This document shows, piece by piece, positions 43,043 through 51,589 of a DNA stretch of 60,586 bases (its first letter is position 1; each line of letters opens with the position of its first letter). The notes under the pieces are model-generated. The model searched no databases. It saw only the letters and a list, made by a program, of their open reading frames with translations, and had not been told where the DNA came from. Location of the stretch: IMG/VR virus record IMGVR_UViG_3300002219_000012, positions 1 through 60,586 of that record; one strand, written 5' to 3'. The stretch is from a virus. Taxonomy: Duplodnaviria; Caudoviricetes. The translations under genes and the position numbers were made by a program.

Positions 43043-43099
43043 CATGCGTTCTCGTTAATCCCTTTTGCGTTTCATAAAGAGAGGCAAAAGTTGAATATG

Positions 43100-43198
43100 T
43101 TAAATTTTCTCGCCGGCCATAACCTTTTCCAGAAGGCTGACCGTAAATTTCAGGCCCCGAATCAGCGCCCGGATGATCTGTTTTACGTCGTCGCTCAT
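43100..43198 (-). CDS. 32-aa amphipathic peptide
   Basis: MSDDVKQIIRALIRGLKFTVSLLEKVMAGEKI; ATGA-coupled; below ORF-track cutoff. Confidence 0.6.
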   Translation of the reverse strand: MSDDVKQIIRALIRGLKFTVSLLEKVMAGEKI

Positions 43199-43434
43199 TT
43201 CAGCGCCCTCAATTCCGCCGTGGCGAAACGAACGATGGTCCCTTTGTCGATCTGTTGCCAGTCTTTCCGCAACTCAATGGCCACGATGTATTTCCTCAGC
43301 ATGGTCTTTTTGAAGTTCCGCCGCGCTGCGAATGGCAGCCGTTCATAAAAATTATCTTTGATGTTCTCGCCTATTACGCGGATGTATCGGATCTCGCTTT
43401 CGGTGGTCCAGGATGTTTTATCCGGTGTTGTCAT
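43195..43434 (-). CDS. Hypothetical protein
   Basis: Coupled ORF chain. Confidence 0.65.
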   Translation of the reverse strand: MTTPDKTSWTTESEIRYIRVIGENIKDNFYERLPFAARRNFKKTMLRKYIVAIELRKDWQQIDKGTIVRFATAELRALK

Positions 43435-43728
43435 TTATCCCCCGATCAATTCGATCTTTGGCTTATCTTCTTTGGGTTCTTCCGGACGCAGGGGAATCAC
43501 CAGCCCGCACGTGACACAGGCGAAACCGACCTGGGACATCGCCGTTTCCGCCATCCCGGATGGACTTTGCAGCGCCGGTAATTCTTTTAACGTGAACGCC
43601 TTGACAAACACCCTCTCCCCGCAAGGACAAACGCGGTCTTTCAACTGATCGAGCGGGACGTTCATCGTCATGTTCTGCGGGCCCCTCGGCTTCAATCCCA
43701 GTAAATTCCTTCGCATTGCTTCACCCAT
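43435..43728 (-). CDS. Zinc-ribbon protein
   Basis: CPCG..FACVTCG. Confidence 0.7.
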   Translation of the reverse strand: MGEAMRRNLLGLKPRGPQNMTMNVPLDQLKDRVCPCGERVFVKAFTLKELPALQSPSGMAETAMSQVGFACVTCGLVIPLRPEEPKEDKPKIELIGG

Positions 43729-44155
43729 TTGTAACCTCCTGTTTGTGTGAGCGTTTATGCAGCGTCAGCGCTCCGGCTGTTTTGAGTTCTTTCCCGCAAA
43801 CGTCGCAGATATAGGCAGGCTTGCCGACGTTGGGCATGAATTTGATGTTCTTTTCTTTGGCCAGCAGTATCTTGTCTCCATCAATATGGAGTTGATCACC
43901 ACGCGGGACAATCCCAAGCTCGTTGACCTGCACCCGTGGGAGCACCGTCAGCCTCCCCGATGGGGCCAACTGAGCGCAACATTCAGGGCATGTCAGTTCC
44001 GCCGCCTTGGTCGTTGTAAACGGGAGCCAATCAATGTGATACGGCAGCAGGCACTTTACCATTGCGCCGTTCGGTGGCTTATTCGGGTCGTAAAAGATTG
44101 TGGTGATGAAATCCGTCCGGCCGCAATTACAACACTTTACCTTTAATCCTTGCAT
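43721..44155 (-). CDS. Zinc-finger protein (C-terminal C2H2)
   Basis: CCNC, CPEC, CDVCGK...L..HKRSH. Confidence 0.75.
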   Translation of the reverse strand: MQGLKVKCCNCGRTDFITTIFYDPNKPPNGAMVKCLLPYHIDWLPFTTTKAAELTCPECCAQLAPSGRLTVLPRVQVNELGIVPRGDQLHIDGDKILLAKEKNIKFMPNVGKPAYICDVCGKELKTAGALTLHKRSHKQEVTNG

Positions 44156-44325
44156 TTATTTACCTCGCTATCGCTTCCTCTGTGAACTGCAACATATTCC
44201 GAAGTTGGCGGGTTTAGCTCGCAGCACCGCAAACAAGGAACATCCCCGGAGTAGTAATAGGGGCTGTGTGCCTTGACCATTTCATAAAAACCCTGATGAA
44301 CGCAGGTCTTACACTTCTCGCTCAT
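44143..44325 (-). CDS. Small Cys-rich protein
   Basis: CKTC..CLRC; coupled. Confidence 0.55.
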   Translation of the reverse strand: MSEKCKTCVHQGFYEMVKAHSPYYYSGDVPCLRCCELNPPTSEYVAVHRGSDSEVNKCKD

Positions 44326-44594
44326 CGCTTTTTCCTCTTAACATTTTTGGCAGCCGCCGCTCGGATCTTGCCCAGTTCGGCGGTAATCAATCCAACGCCG
44401 ACATCGACGTTGTAGTGAATGCCAAGCACGTCGGTACTCATTGCCGGTGGGACCATAGACAACACGGACCTCAGTTTTCCCTTGATGTTCTCTTGCAGGT
44501 TCATCCGGATAACTCCATCGACTAACTCGGCAACTTTTTTGGCCAGCGCATCTAATTCTGACGGTGTGACTTGGTTCTCAAATAAATAGCTCAT
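44322..44594 (-). CDS. Hypothetical protein
   Basis: ATGA-coupled. Confidence 0.6.
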   Translation of the reverse strand: MSYLFENQVTPSELDALAKKVAELVDGVIRMNLQENIKGKLRSVLSMVPPAMSTDVLGIHYNVDVGVGLITAELGKIRAAAAKNVKRKKR

Positions 44595-44836
44595 TGTCCC
44601 CCTCCCAGCAATCCATCCAGAAACTTCTTCGAGCGTTCAGCAATGGCCGTCTCGCTCTCCCCGGGAAAATCCTCGGCCTGCTCTGCGTCCGGAATTGAAA
44701 ACACCTGGCCTTTGGGCGTCCTGACGAACCCCTCGCCCGGGCCTGACTTCCCCTTGAACACCAGCCATCCACCAACAATGACGCAGATAATGGCCAAAGC
44801 CGTTCCAACGCATACCGCCAATAAAATCTCAAACAT
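44591..44836 (-). CDS. Single-TM membrane protein
   Basis: N-terminal hydrophobic helix; GGAGG SD. Confidence 0.65.
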   Translation of the reverse strand: MFEILLAVCVGTALAIICVIVGGWLVFKGKSGPGEGFVRTPKGQVFSIPDAEQAEDFPGESETAIAERSKKFLDGLLGGGQ

Positions 44837-44838
44837 CT

Positions 44839-45555
44839 TTACCCCTCCTCGATTGTGAAGACATTACTCCGAGCGTGGTCCATCCACATACAACGTGACG
44901 ACAAGGAATGAACCAGCCCGCCCATTGCCGTTATAACCGGGTCTTTATCCAAGAATTCCCGTATTCTATTGCGTAAAACGTCGTTCTTTCCATAAAACAG
45001 CCGCTGTGCGTCTTTGTCCAGGGCGGCGCTTATCGCCCGGATATAGACATCGAAAGCCTTTGGATCGTTGAAATCATCAGGCGGGGCGATAAGGACAGCC
45101 TGCTTGTTTCCCCCGGCCCTGCGGAGATCCTCGTTGTAAAGGGACAGCTCCAGGATAAATCGGCTTTCGTCTCCAATCCATGTTTGGAGCAGCCCCGGAA
45201 AGAGGCCAAACCCATATTCGGCCCGCATGTTGACCATTTCATCAAACAGGGTGCCGATGCCGTGGCTTTCATATTCCGCCAGCAGTTGAAACGGTGCCTT
45301 CTCCGGCTTTCCCTTACCCTTAACAACTCCCACAATGGCGATATATCCTGGCTTATTCGTGGCCTTGTTCTTATCGGTGATTACCGTCGGCCAGCCGATA
45401 CAGCCAAACAGATCGTAATATAATTGCCCGGTTTCCGTGTTCTGGTAGTGGTGCGCCCGCTCAACAAACGGCGTCCCGGTGATGTGCGCCTCGTCGATTC
45501 TCTGCTGGTATAGTTGCCAATTCAATGGTTCTGGCAGGATCTTCTTAATTTTCAT
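44839..45555 (-). CDS. Degenerate terminase-nuclease (RNase H)-like protein
   Basis: FGCIGWP..GYIAIVGV..FQLLAEY..WIGD..DPVITAM pattern; directly after TerL. Confidence 0.5.
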   Translation of the reverse strand: MKIKKILPEPLNWQLYQQRIDEAHITGTPFVERAHHYQNTETGQLYYDLFGCIGWPTVITDKNKATNKPGYIAIVGVVKGKGKPEKAPFQLLAEYESHGIGTLFDEMVNMRAEYGFGLFPGLLQTWIGDESRFILELSLYNEDLRRAGGNKQAVLIAPPDDFNDPKAFDVYIRAISAALDKDAQRLFYGKNDVLRNRIREFLDKDPVITAMGGLVHSLSSRCMWMDHARSNVFTIEEG

Positions 45556-46819
45556 CCGGGAAGTCCTTTGCACCGCTGTTGTCGAAAGGTGTTTCGCCCA
45601 TCAAGTCTGTCATCGCCCAAACCAGAGCATCTAACCGGTTTGGTGATTTGTCGCCCGGCAGCCAAAGACACAATTCATCTTCCAGTTGCGGGAATGGCCC
45701 GACGTGATGAACACGATCCTTCTCATATTTCGCGGATACCGGCTCCGCCCTGACTATTTTCCCACGGGAGGCATGTACGAGCTTGATGGGCACGTTTTTA
45801 TCAACCTGCTTGATCGTAATGGCCACCATTTCCCCGCCCTGGTTCTTCTCCGCCACAATCAGATTGGCCTTGTGCCGATGGTAGGCATCAACGGCGGCCT
45901 GCGCCCATGCCAAAGGTGATCCGTTCAGCGTGCAATCTTCCAGGACAAAGCCCTGATCAGCCAGTGAACCGGCCACGATGATTCCGGCGGCATCCCCGCC
46001 GCCATCGGCAGAGGTTGTCGGGTCGATGGCCACAACGGTCTTTGACAGTTCGGGGGCTTCTATAACCCTGTTCTTTTCGATGTTCTCCCGGGTCCATAAT
46101 GCGCCCGGTGCCTGATCGATGTCCTCGGCCAATATCTCCATGCGATAAGCCAGACTGCTCATGTCCGAAGTGATTTCATCCAGCGCTTCCCGGCTTATGT
46201 AGGGATTGTCCATGCTGGAAAAATGGAATGTAGCCCAACGTAGAGGGTCGGTTTTGGCCAATAGCTGTGCTTTTTTGAATAATTTGGCTGCATGTTGCGG
46301 ATCGTCGGCTTTTGAGGCTGATCTTGACCGGAGCGATGGAGGCGTATAGATGAACGTAGCGTTCCCGTTATTGTCCAAAAGCATTGGAGCGCCCACAACG
46401 CCCCAGGCGTCCTCGTTCATCAGCTGCCATTCATCCAGGAGCAATTCGTCAGCGTAATCCCCACGCAGACTATCGGCGTTCCAGGCGGTCTTCGCCCTGA
46501 TCCGCTGCTCGGTGCCCTTGCGTTCAATAATGTGTTCGGATTCGTTTTTATAAAGAGCCTTCTTGTCAAAACCATCACCCAGCGCCCTTGTAACCGTAAC
46601 CCAAAATCTTTGAATTTGCTCACTCGTGGGTGCCGCATACAACACTCGTTTGCCCGCCAGAAACCTTTGGACGGCATAAACACCAATGCCGACTGTCTTA
46701 CCGCCCCGGCGTCCCGCCCGGATAACCTTGCGCTTTGCAGGCGAATCAATAAACGCGGCCTGCTTCGCGTGAGGTCGCGGTAAGTGAACATCAACTGGTA
46801 TTTGTGTTATCTCCATCAA
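45545..46819 (-). CDS. terL: Terminase large subunit
   Basis: Walker A AGRRGGKT, Walker B LLLDE, SMDNPY, VAIDP, EKNQGG, SPNRLDALVWA. Confidence 0.95.
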   Translation of the reverse strand: MMEITQIPVDVHLPRPHAKQAAFIDSPAKRKVIRAGRRGGKTVGIGVYAVQRFLAGKRVLYAAPTSEQIQRFWVTVTRALGDGFDKKALYKNESEHIIERKGTEQRIRAKTAWNADSLRGDYADELLLDEWQLMNEDAWGVVGAPMLLDNNGNATFIYTPPSLRSRSASKADDPQHAAKLFKKAQLLAKTDPLRWATFHFSSMDNPYISREALDEITSDMSSLAYRMEILAEDIDQAPGALWTRENIEKNRVIEAPELSKTVVAIDPTTSADGGGDAAGIIVAGSLADQGFVLEDCTLNGSPLAWAQAAVDAYHRHKANLIVAEKNQGGEMVAITIKQVDKNVPIKLVHASRGKIVRAEPVSAKYEKDRVHHVGPFPQLEDELCLWLPGDKSPNRLDALVWAMTDLMGETPFDNSGAKDFPDEN

Positions 46820-47412
46820 TCCCCGCTATTGCCCTTGGGCGCATCGTCGTAAATGACCTTAAATAAAAATTCCACCGGTCCGCCGTCCTTGCCTGTAACT
46901 TCGTGCTTTTCGGAATATTTCTTTGGTAATATCTTGGCTATGTAGAACTTGCGGGAATCAACGCGGAGACGTGAACGGTTGACATGCTCATGGTCAATGA
47001 ATGGCTTGCCCTCTTCCGTAAAGGCCATATCCAGGGTAGAATCATCAGAGATTTCGATAATTTCATCGAATAGAAGATCGGCTTGATTGAGCTTCGCCTG
47101 TGCGTATTGGGGAGAAAACTCTTTATCATCCGCCAACATTTGTATAATTTCCCGATAAGACGGCATCTTATCGAAGTCTTTGATCATGTCCTGGCATATT
47201 TGGCGTAGGGATTTGGAGCTGGTGGATATTCGGTTGCAGATTTCTTTTTGAATTGCGGCCATTTCGCTATCTGTGCGCTTCTTTGGGCGGCCGCCCGGGT
47301 GTTTTGGTTTTGGTATGATTAGCTCACGGCTTTTATTTTTAGCGCCGCATAAGGCACCTCCTGGCTTTTTGTTGCGTTTCTTTTTAGGTGTTGCCTTCTT
47401 TTCTCGTTTCAT
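46816..47412 (-). CDS. terS: Terminase small subunit (Sf6-like)
   Basis: GGRP..IC..I...SLRQIC..QYAQAK..IEISDD..RLRVDSRK..K..PKKY. Confidence 0.9.
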   Translation of the reverse strand: MKREKKATPKKKRNKKPGGALCGAKNKSRELIIPKPKHPGGRPKKRTDSEMAAIQKEICNRISTSSKSLRQICQDMIKDFDKMPSYREIIQMLADDKEFSPQYAQAKLNQADLLFDEIIEISDDSTLDMAFTEEGKPFIDHEHVNRSRLRVDSRKFYIAKILPKKYSEKHEVTGKDGGPVEFLFKVIYDDAPKGNSGD

Positions 47413-47419
47413 GGCTGCC

Positions 47420-47525
47420 ATTATACAGCCTGTTATTTTGGGAAAACTTTATAGGGCGGTGAAATGAATATTAATGGACGGTAAAGGGCAGTTAAAAGAC
47501 AGCTAACCGACCAAACAAAGGACTT
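47420..47525 (-). promoter_or_regulatory. Late promoter: TATAAT with no -35, preceded by ~11-bp phased direct repeats
   Basis: -10 at 47420-47425; GG(G/A)C(G/A)GT-like units at 47454, 47476, 47486, 47497, weaker at 47508 and 47520. Confidence 0.6.
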
Positions 47526-47537
47526 GACACGGCATTT

Positions 47538-47714
47538 TTATGAATCAAACCATTCTTGCAGCCTTTTTTCTGTGATGCTGTATTCCCGGCCAAGTTTTTT
47601 CTTTGCTGGTAATGGATCTGTCTTCCGTTGGATGGCTTTCATAACCACCTTCGGACTGCAATTCAGGCGCTCGGCTATTGCCGTTATTCCCCTGTATTCC
47701 TTGTTTTCGTCCAT
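47538..47714 (-). CDS. Xis/AlpA-like winged HTH protein (58 aa)
   Basis: GITAIAERLNCSPKVV..LPAKK..GREY.I....LQEW; GGAGG SD; below ORF-track cutoff. Confidence 0.8.
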   Translation of the reverse strand: MDENKEYRGITAIAERLNCSPKVVMKAIQRKTDPLPAKKKLGREYSITEKRLQEWFDS

Positions 47715-47723
47715 TCCCCCTCC

Positions 47724-47897
47724 TTAAGAGCACACGTTCGCTAAATCCCCGGCGTCCTTCTTTTCAACCTTCTTCCGGAGCTTGTCGTTCTCTTTGAACA
47801 GGTCCATCATGGCCGCCTCAACCTGGCGGGCGTGATCCCCTCACTTGTTGAGGGCCTCGGATAGCAAGATGATTGCGGCGTTCTCTTCTGGTTTCAT
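47724..47897 (-). pseudogene. Small coiled-coil ORF with in-frame TGA
   Basis: MKPEENAAIILLSEALNK*GDHARQ...NVCS; ATGA-coupled to dnaB. Confidence 0.45.
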
Positions 47898-49222
47898 GTT
47901 CGTTGTAAATTCCTTATCGTTTGTGTTTTGGCGTCAAAAATAACTTCAAATCTCCCCGTTTCTCCGTTGCGGTGTTTGGCAATGTCAAACTCAGCCAGCC
48001 CGCGCTTTGGGTTGTCTTCCGATTTGTTGTAAACTTCATCGCGATAGATGAAGATGATAATATCCGCATCTTGCTCAATCGCCCCTGATTCCCGCAGATC
48101 CGAAAGCATTGGGTGTTTGTCGGGCCTGCCGTCCACGTTTCGGTTTAGTTGCGATAATCCAATGACGGGTATTTCCAATTCCCGCGCAATGGCTTTTAGT
48201 GTCCGGCTGATTTCAGCCACTACCTGCTCCCGGCTGTCGTGCTTTCCCGTGACCCTGACTAACTGGATATAATCGACGATCAAAAGCCCCAGCCCATTTT
48301 CTTTTTTAATTTTTCTCGCTTTTGCTCTTATTTCTTGCGGTGTGATGTCGGGTTTGTCGTCGATGAAAATGGGCCACCTTGATATCGCCTCTGTGACGCT
48401 GACCGTTTGATCCCATTGCGTGTCGGCCAACTGCCCGCGCCGCAGGTTTCGGGAGTTTATCCCTGATTCCCTCGACATGATCCGGGTCATGACTGAATCG
48501 GCGTGCATTTCTAGGCTGAATAATAAAACCGTTGTGCCGGTTGCTGCCACCGTAGCCGCAATATTCCCAGCGACGGCGCTTTTCCCCATGCCCGGCCTTC
48601 CAGCCAAAATGATTAAATCGCCACCAATCAACCCGGATGTTGCCGAGTCCAGGTCTGCTATCCCCGTGGAATGGCCTATCATTGAGAATCGGTTGTTGTG
48701 CCGGTATTCAATCCCCGCGAATGTGCTTTTGCAGATTTCACGGGCGTTTTTCAGCGTTCCCGATTCTTTGGTCAGGGATAAATTTAGGATTGTTTTTTGC
48801 GCTTCTTCAAGTTTGTTTTTGCCTTCACTGGATTGATCATAAACGGCCTCAATGATCCGCGATGCCTCCGATATGATTTTCCTTTCGATTGATTTTTCTT
48901 TGACGATTGCCGCGTAAGAATTAACCGAATAAGCGGACACAACAGAATCAACCGTTTCCGCCACATACACATTGCCGCCGGCTTTTTTAAGGTTCCCGGA
49001 CGTTGATAGGGTTTCGCAAACTGTTACCAGGTCGGCCACTTTCCCCGCGTTTAACAACTCAATAATCGCGGAAAATATCAGCTTATTCCCGCCGTGGTAA
49101 AAATCTTCTGGCGTCAGGTCGCACGTTATTTTGTCAAACACGCCGTTTTCAACCATCAGCGAACCAATAACGGCCTGCTCTGCTTTTTCGTCGTATGGCA
49201 TTGCTCGTTTGTTGTCTGTCAT
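47894..49222 (-). CDS. dnaB: Replicative DNA helicase
   Basis: AEQAVIG, AGRPGMGKS, FSLEM, VDYIQL, LSQLNR, DLRESGAIEQDAD, KHRNG. Confidence 0.97.
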   Translation of the reverse strand: MTDNKRAMPYDEKAEQAVIGSLMVENGVFDKITCDLTPEDFYHGGNKLIFSAIIELLNAGKVADLVTVCETLSTSGNLKKAGGNVYVAETVDSVVSAYSVNSYAAIVKEKSIERKIISEASRIIEAVYDQSSEGKNKLEEAQKTILNLSLTKESGTLKNAREICKSTFAGIEYRHNNRFSMIGHSTGIADLDSATSGLIGGDLIILAGRPGMGKSAVAGNIAATVAATGTTVLLFSLEMHADSVMTRIMSRESGINSRNLRRGQLADTQWDQTVSVTEAISRWPIFIDDKPDITPQEIRAKARKIKKENGLGLLIVDYIQLVRVTGKHDSREQVVAEISRTLKAIARELEIPVIGLSQLNRNVDGRPDKHPMLSDLRESGAIEQDADIIIFIYRDEVYNKSEDNPKRGLAEFDIAKHRNGETGRFEVIFDAKTQTIRNLQRT

Positions 49223-49995
49223 GGCGACATCCCCGCCCTACAATTCACACATCCGGTTTCCGTTAGGTCAGACCTGGTTACGCGCCCGCCGCACACCGGG
49301 CAACTGACAATCAGCGGGGGGGGATCTCGGTCTGGTGTCTGACCGTTGCCGTTTCCATTTCCATTTAAAAATCCGCGCTTATACCAATTTAATAAAACCT
49401 TGTAATGGTCTTTGTATTTTCCAGACTTGACTGTGATAGAGTAATCAAGCTGCTCAATACCCGCGTCCAGGTTCTTCTGGCCTAACGCCTCCTGGAGTTT
49501 TTTATATTCATCGTCGGCCAAAAGGACCGAATCGAGATATTTTGTTTTTTTGTTTTTGTTTAATGGTAAAGATTCAGATAAAGATATAGGGGAGTGTGCA
49601 TCTTGCACGTTTCCTTTTTCTATCGGTTCATTAACGGTTAGTTCACCGTTAAAAGACGGAATTGAACTTTTCTTCTCCGTGTGGTGTGGTGTTTGGTGTT
49701 TTAAAAATTCTGGAATATCAATATAATTACGGTTATTTACAGAGTATCGACGAATAAAAACCTTTCCTTGTCTGTCTGGAATATTTGGGTTTGAGAGTAA
49801 AATTAATAGTTTTTCTATGTCAATATTGTCATAGGGAAATATTTCGGCCTTAAGATATTTCGGCCGATCCTCAAGGCGACCCTCCCTGTCAGCAAAACAC
49901 CAAAGGCCAGCATAAAGCAACCTGGCCTCATAACGTAGTGTCGCCAAATCTTCGTCTTTAAAAAAATCAGGCTTCAAGGCTCTTATTCTTGACAT
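49219..49995 (-). CDS. Phage replication initiator-like protein
   Basis: MSRIRALKPDFF..ARLLY.GLW..AD.EGR; C-terminal Zn ribbon; upstream of dnaB. Confidence 0.8.
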   Translation of the reverse strand: MSRIRALKPDFFKDEDLATLRYEARLLYAGLWCFADREGRLEDRPKYLKAEIFPYDNIDIEKLLILLSNPNIPDRQGKVFIRRYSVNNRNYIDIPEFLKHQTPHHTEKKSSIPSFNGELTVNEPIEKGNVQDAHSPISLSESLPLNKNKKTKYLDSVLLADDEYKKLQEALGQKNLDAGIEQLDYSITVKSGKYKDHYKVLLNWYKRGFLNGNGNGNGQTPDRDPPPLIVSCPVCGGRVTRSDLTETGCVNCRAGMSP

Positions 49996-50029
49996 AATAT
50001 TGCATCTCCTGTTGATGCCCTGAAAAGAA

Positions 50030-50185
50030 TTAAGCGGCAGGCCGGTCAGGTTCCGGCTTTTCCGTTGCAAGCGTAGCCGCTTTTTTTTGTAATTCCGCGT
50101 TGAGCACTTCAATTTCGATTTCCGTCAACTTTATGAGCTGGCGCTTTAATTCGATCCGCCGTTTCAGTTCATCTTTTCTGTTCAT
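50030..50185 (-). CDS. Small coiled-coil protein
   Basis: MNRKDELKRRIELKRQL..; SD upstream. Confidence 0.55.
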   Translation of the reverse strand: MNRKDELKRRIELKRQLIKLTEIEIEVLNAELQKKAATLATEKPEPDRPAA

Positions 50186-50315
50186 GTCTTTTTTCCCTTT
50201 TATAAACCTTCTCTTTTTCCCGCCGGCAGACTGAGCAGACCTTCCGGGTGGACGTGCATTCCATTGGCTTGCCGCAGACTGAGCAGGGCTTTTCAATGAG
50301 CTTGACTGCTGTCAT
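50169..50315 (-). CDS. 48-aa zinc finger protein
   Basis: MTAVKLIEKPCSVCGK...KVCSVCRR; below ORF-track cutoff. Confidence 0.65.
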   Translation of the reverse strand: MTAVKLIEKPCSVCGKPMECTSTRKVCSVCRREKEKVYKREKRHEQKR

Positions 50316-50446
50316 TTCAGTTCCTTCAGCTTATTCTGATAAAGTTTAATTAAAGATTGCAGGGCAAAAACATTAAACCCCCCGCCCTTTGCCTTGTATT
50401 CCAGCTCGTCAATGATATTCGGGCCATAGGTGTCATAAATAAGCCT
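50312..50446 (-). pseudogene. Start-less NinG/Rap-like C-terminal relic
   Basis: RLIYDTYGPNIIDELEYKAK...LQSLIKLYQNKLKELK*. Confidence 0.45.
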
Positions 50447-50807
50447 TCAACCTTTCGTAGCATTCCAACTTCCACGCCGCCGTGTTCTTCTGTATCCGGT
50501 TTCTTTCCGCCCTCAGTTTGTCGAAAAACTCTTCTGTCCGAACGCCCGTTGCAACCAGGACGGACTTGAAATCAGGATCGTGGTGCGCCGATAATCCACC
50601 CATTGTATGATGACTGGGGCAAAGACAAATTCCAGCGTCTAGGTTGTATCTCATGGTGACATAGCGCCTCGAATACAAGTGGTGCGGGTGAAGCTGGGTA
50701 TAGTGAATATTGCAATCCGGGAACTCACACTTATATCCGGCTCTCTCTATTACGGCCTGGCCCCATAGCTTAAGCAGTTTCTTGTCGCTGATTACCTTCA
50801 CCTTCAT
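50433..50807 (-). CDS. NinG/Rap-like HNH nuclease
   Basis: W...V..R...CE..C..LHPHH..SRR...RY...GICLC..HH. Confidence 0.75.
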   Translation of the reverse strand: MKVKVISDKKLLKLWGQAVIERAGYKCEFPDCNIHYTQLHPHHLYSRRYVTMRYNLDAGICLCPSHHTMGGLSAHHDPDFKSVLVATGVRTEEFFDKLRAERNRIQKNTAAWKLECYERLKAYL

Positions 50808-51451
50808 GCCGTAAACTCCAAAACACATTGTTGCTTATGCCTATTAAACCTATCCAACGCCGCTTCGTAATAATCCTTGTCTATTTCATAACCTACAAAG
50901 TCAAAACCCATAATGTCGGCGGCGATTGCGCTTGAACCTGAACCTAAATGGGTGTCAAGGATTCTGTCTCCTTGTTTGGCGTAGTTCTTGAGGAGCCACG
51001 CATACAAATCTATTGGCTTTTCTGTTGGATGAAATCTGTTTGGATTTCTAAACCCCTGCAAATTGCTTCTTGAAAATGTAAATATTCTTGTTGCCTTTGT
51101 AAAACTTGTCCAAGCAAGCTCAAAATCAGACTGATCAATCCTTTGCACCTTATCCCATGCTAAAATACATTGCGTTGGTGGTAAGTTAAAGTAATTCCCG
51201 CCCCAAATTATTTGGTTTTCGCTAACTCTAAAAAGTTCTTTAAAGTATCTGTCTGACGGAATATGTGTGTCCCACTTCCCACCGATCCACTTTGATGTTG
51301 TTCTGTTCCCGTTTCTACTATCACCAAGCCCTTGTTCATGGTGCGCCCCAATCCCATACGGCGGGTCAACAATAGCCAACTCAAATTCCTTGTCTTTCAT
51401 TGAGGCCATCGCTGCCATACAGTCGCCGTGAATAATGCGGACGTTGCTCAT
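50804..51451 (-). CDS. DNA N6-adenine/N4-cytosine methyltransferase (beta class)
   Basis: GDC, IVDPPYG, HPTEKP, LDTHLGSGS. Confidence 0.95.
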   Translation of the reverse strand: MSNVRIIHGDCMAAMASMKDKEFELAIVDPPYGIGAHHEQGLGDSRNGNRTTSKWIGGKWDTHIPSDRYFKELFRVSENQIIWGGNYFNLPPTQCILAWDKVQRIDQSDFELAWTSFTKATRIFTFSRSNLQGFRNPNRFHPTEKPIDLYAWLLKNYAKQGDRILDTHLGSGSSAIAADIMGFDFVGYEIDKDYYEAALDRFNRHKQQCVLEFTA

Positions 51452-51576
51452 AAGCACCACCCGAACCTTTCGCACAGCCTGCAAGCGCCGTAAATTGCTA
51501 AAAAGAAGATTGTCCAGGAAACCAGCGTCAGACCGATAATCGTTAATAACCTTGATAATGCGCTCCATCGCTTCAT
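51448..51576 (-). CDS. Small membrane protein
   Basis: GGAGG SD; hydrophobic 42 aa. Confidence 0.55.
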   Translation of the reverse strand: MKRWSALSRLLTIIGLTLVSWTIFFLAIYGACRLCERFGWCL

Positions 51577-51589
51577 GCTGCCTCCGTTA

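Noticed and set aside
47841-47843. Selenocysteine or genome-wide TGA recoding
   Set aside because: No redox motif or convincing SECIS; TGA is the normal stop in many ATGA overlaps
50226-50286. 13-bp direct repeat GCAGACTGAGCAG as iteron or regulatory box
   Set aside because: Both copies encode the CSVC motifs of the 48-aa zinc finger ORF 50169-50315
4574-50569. Numerous plus-strand ORFs opposite the minus-strand genes (e.g. 11493-12329, 20858-21838)
   Set aside because: Antisense shadows of coherent minus-strand genes, lacking recognisable motifs
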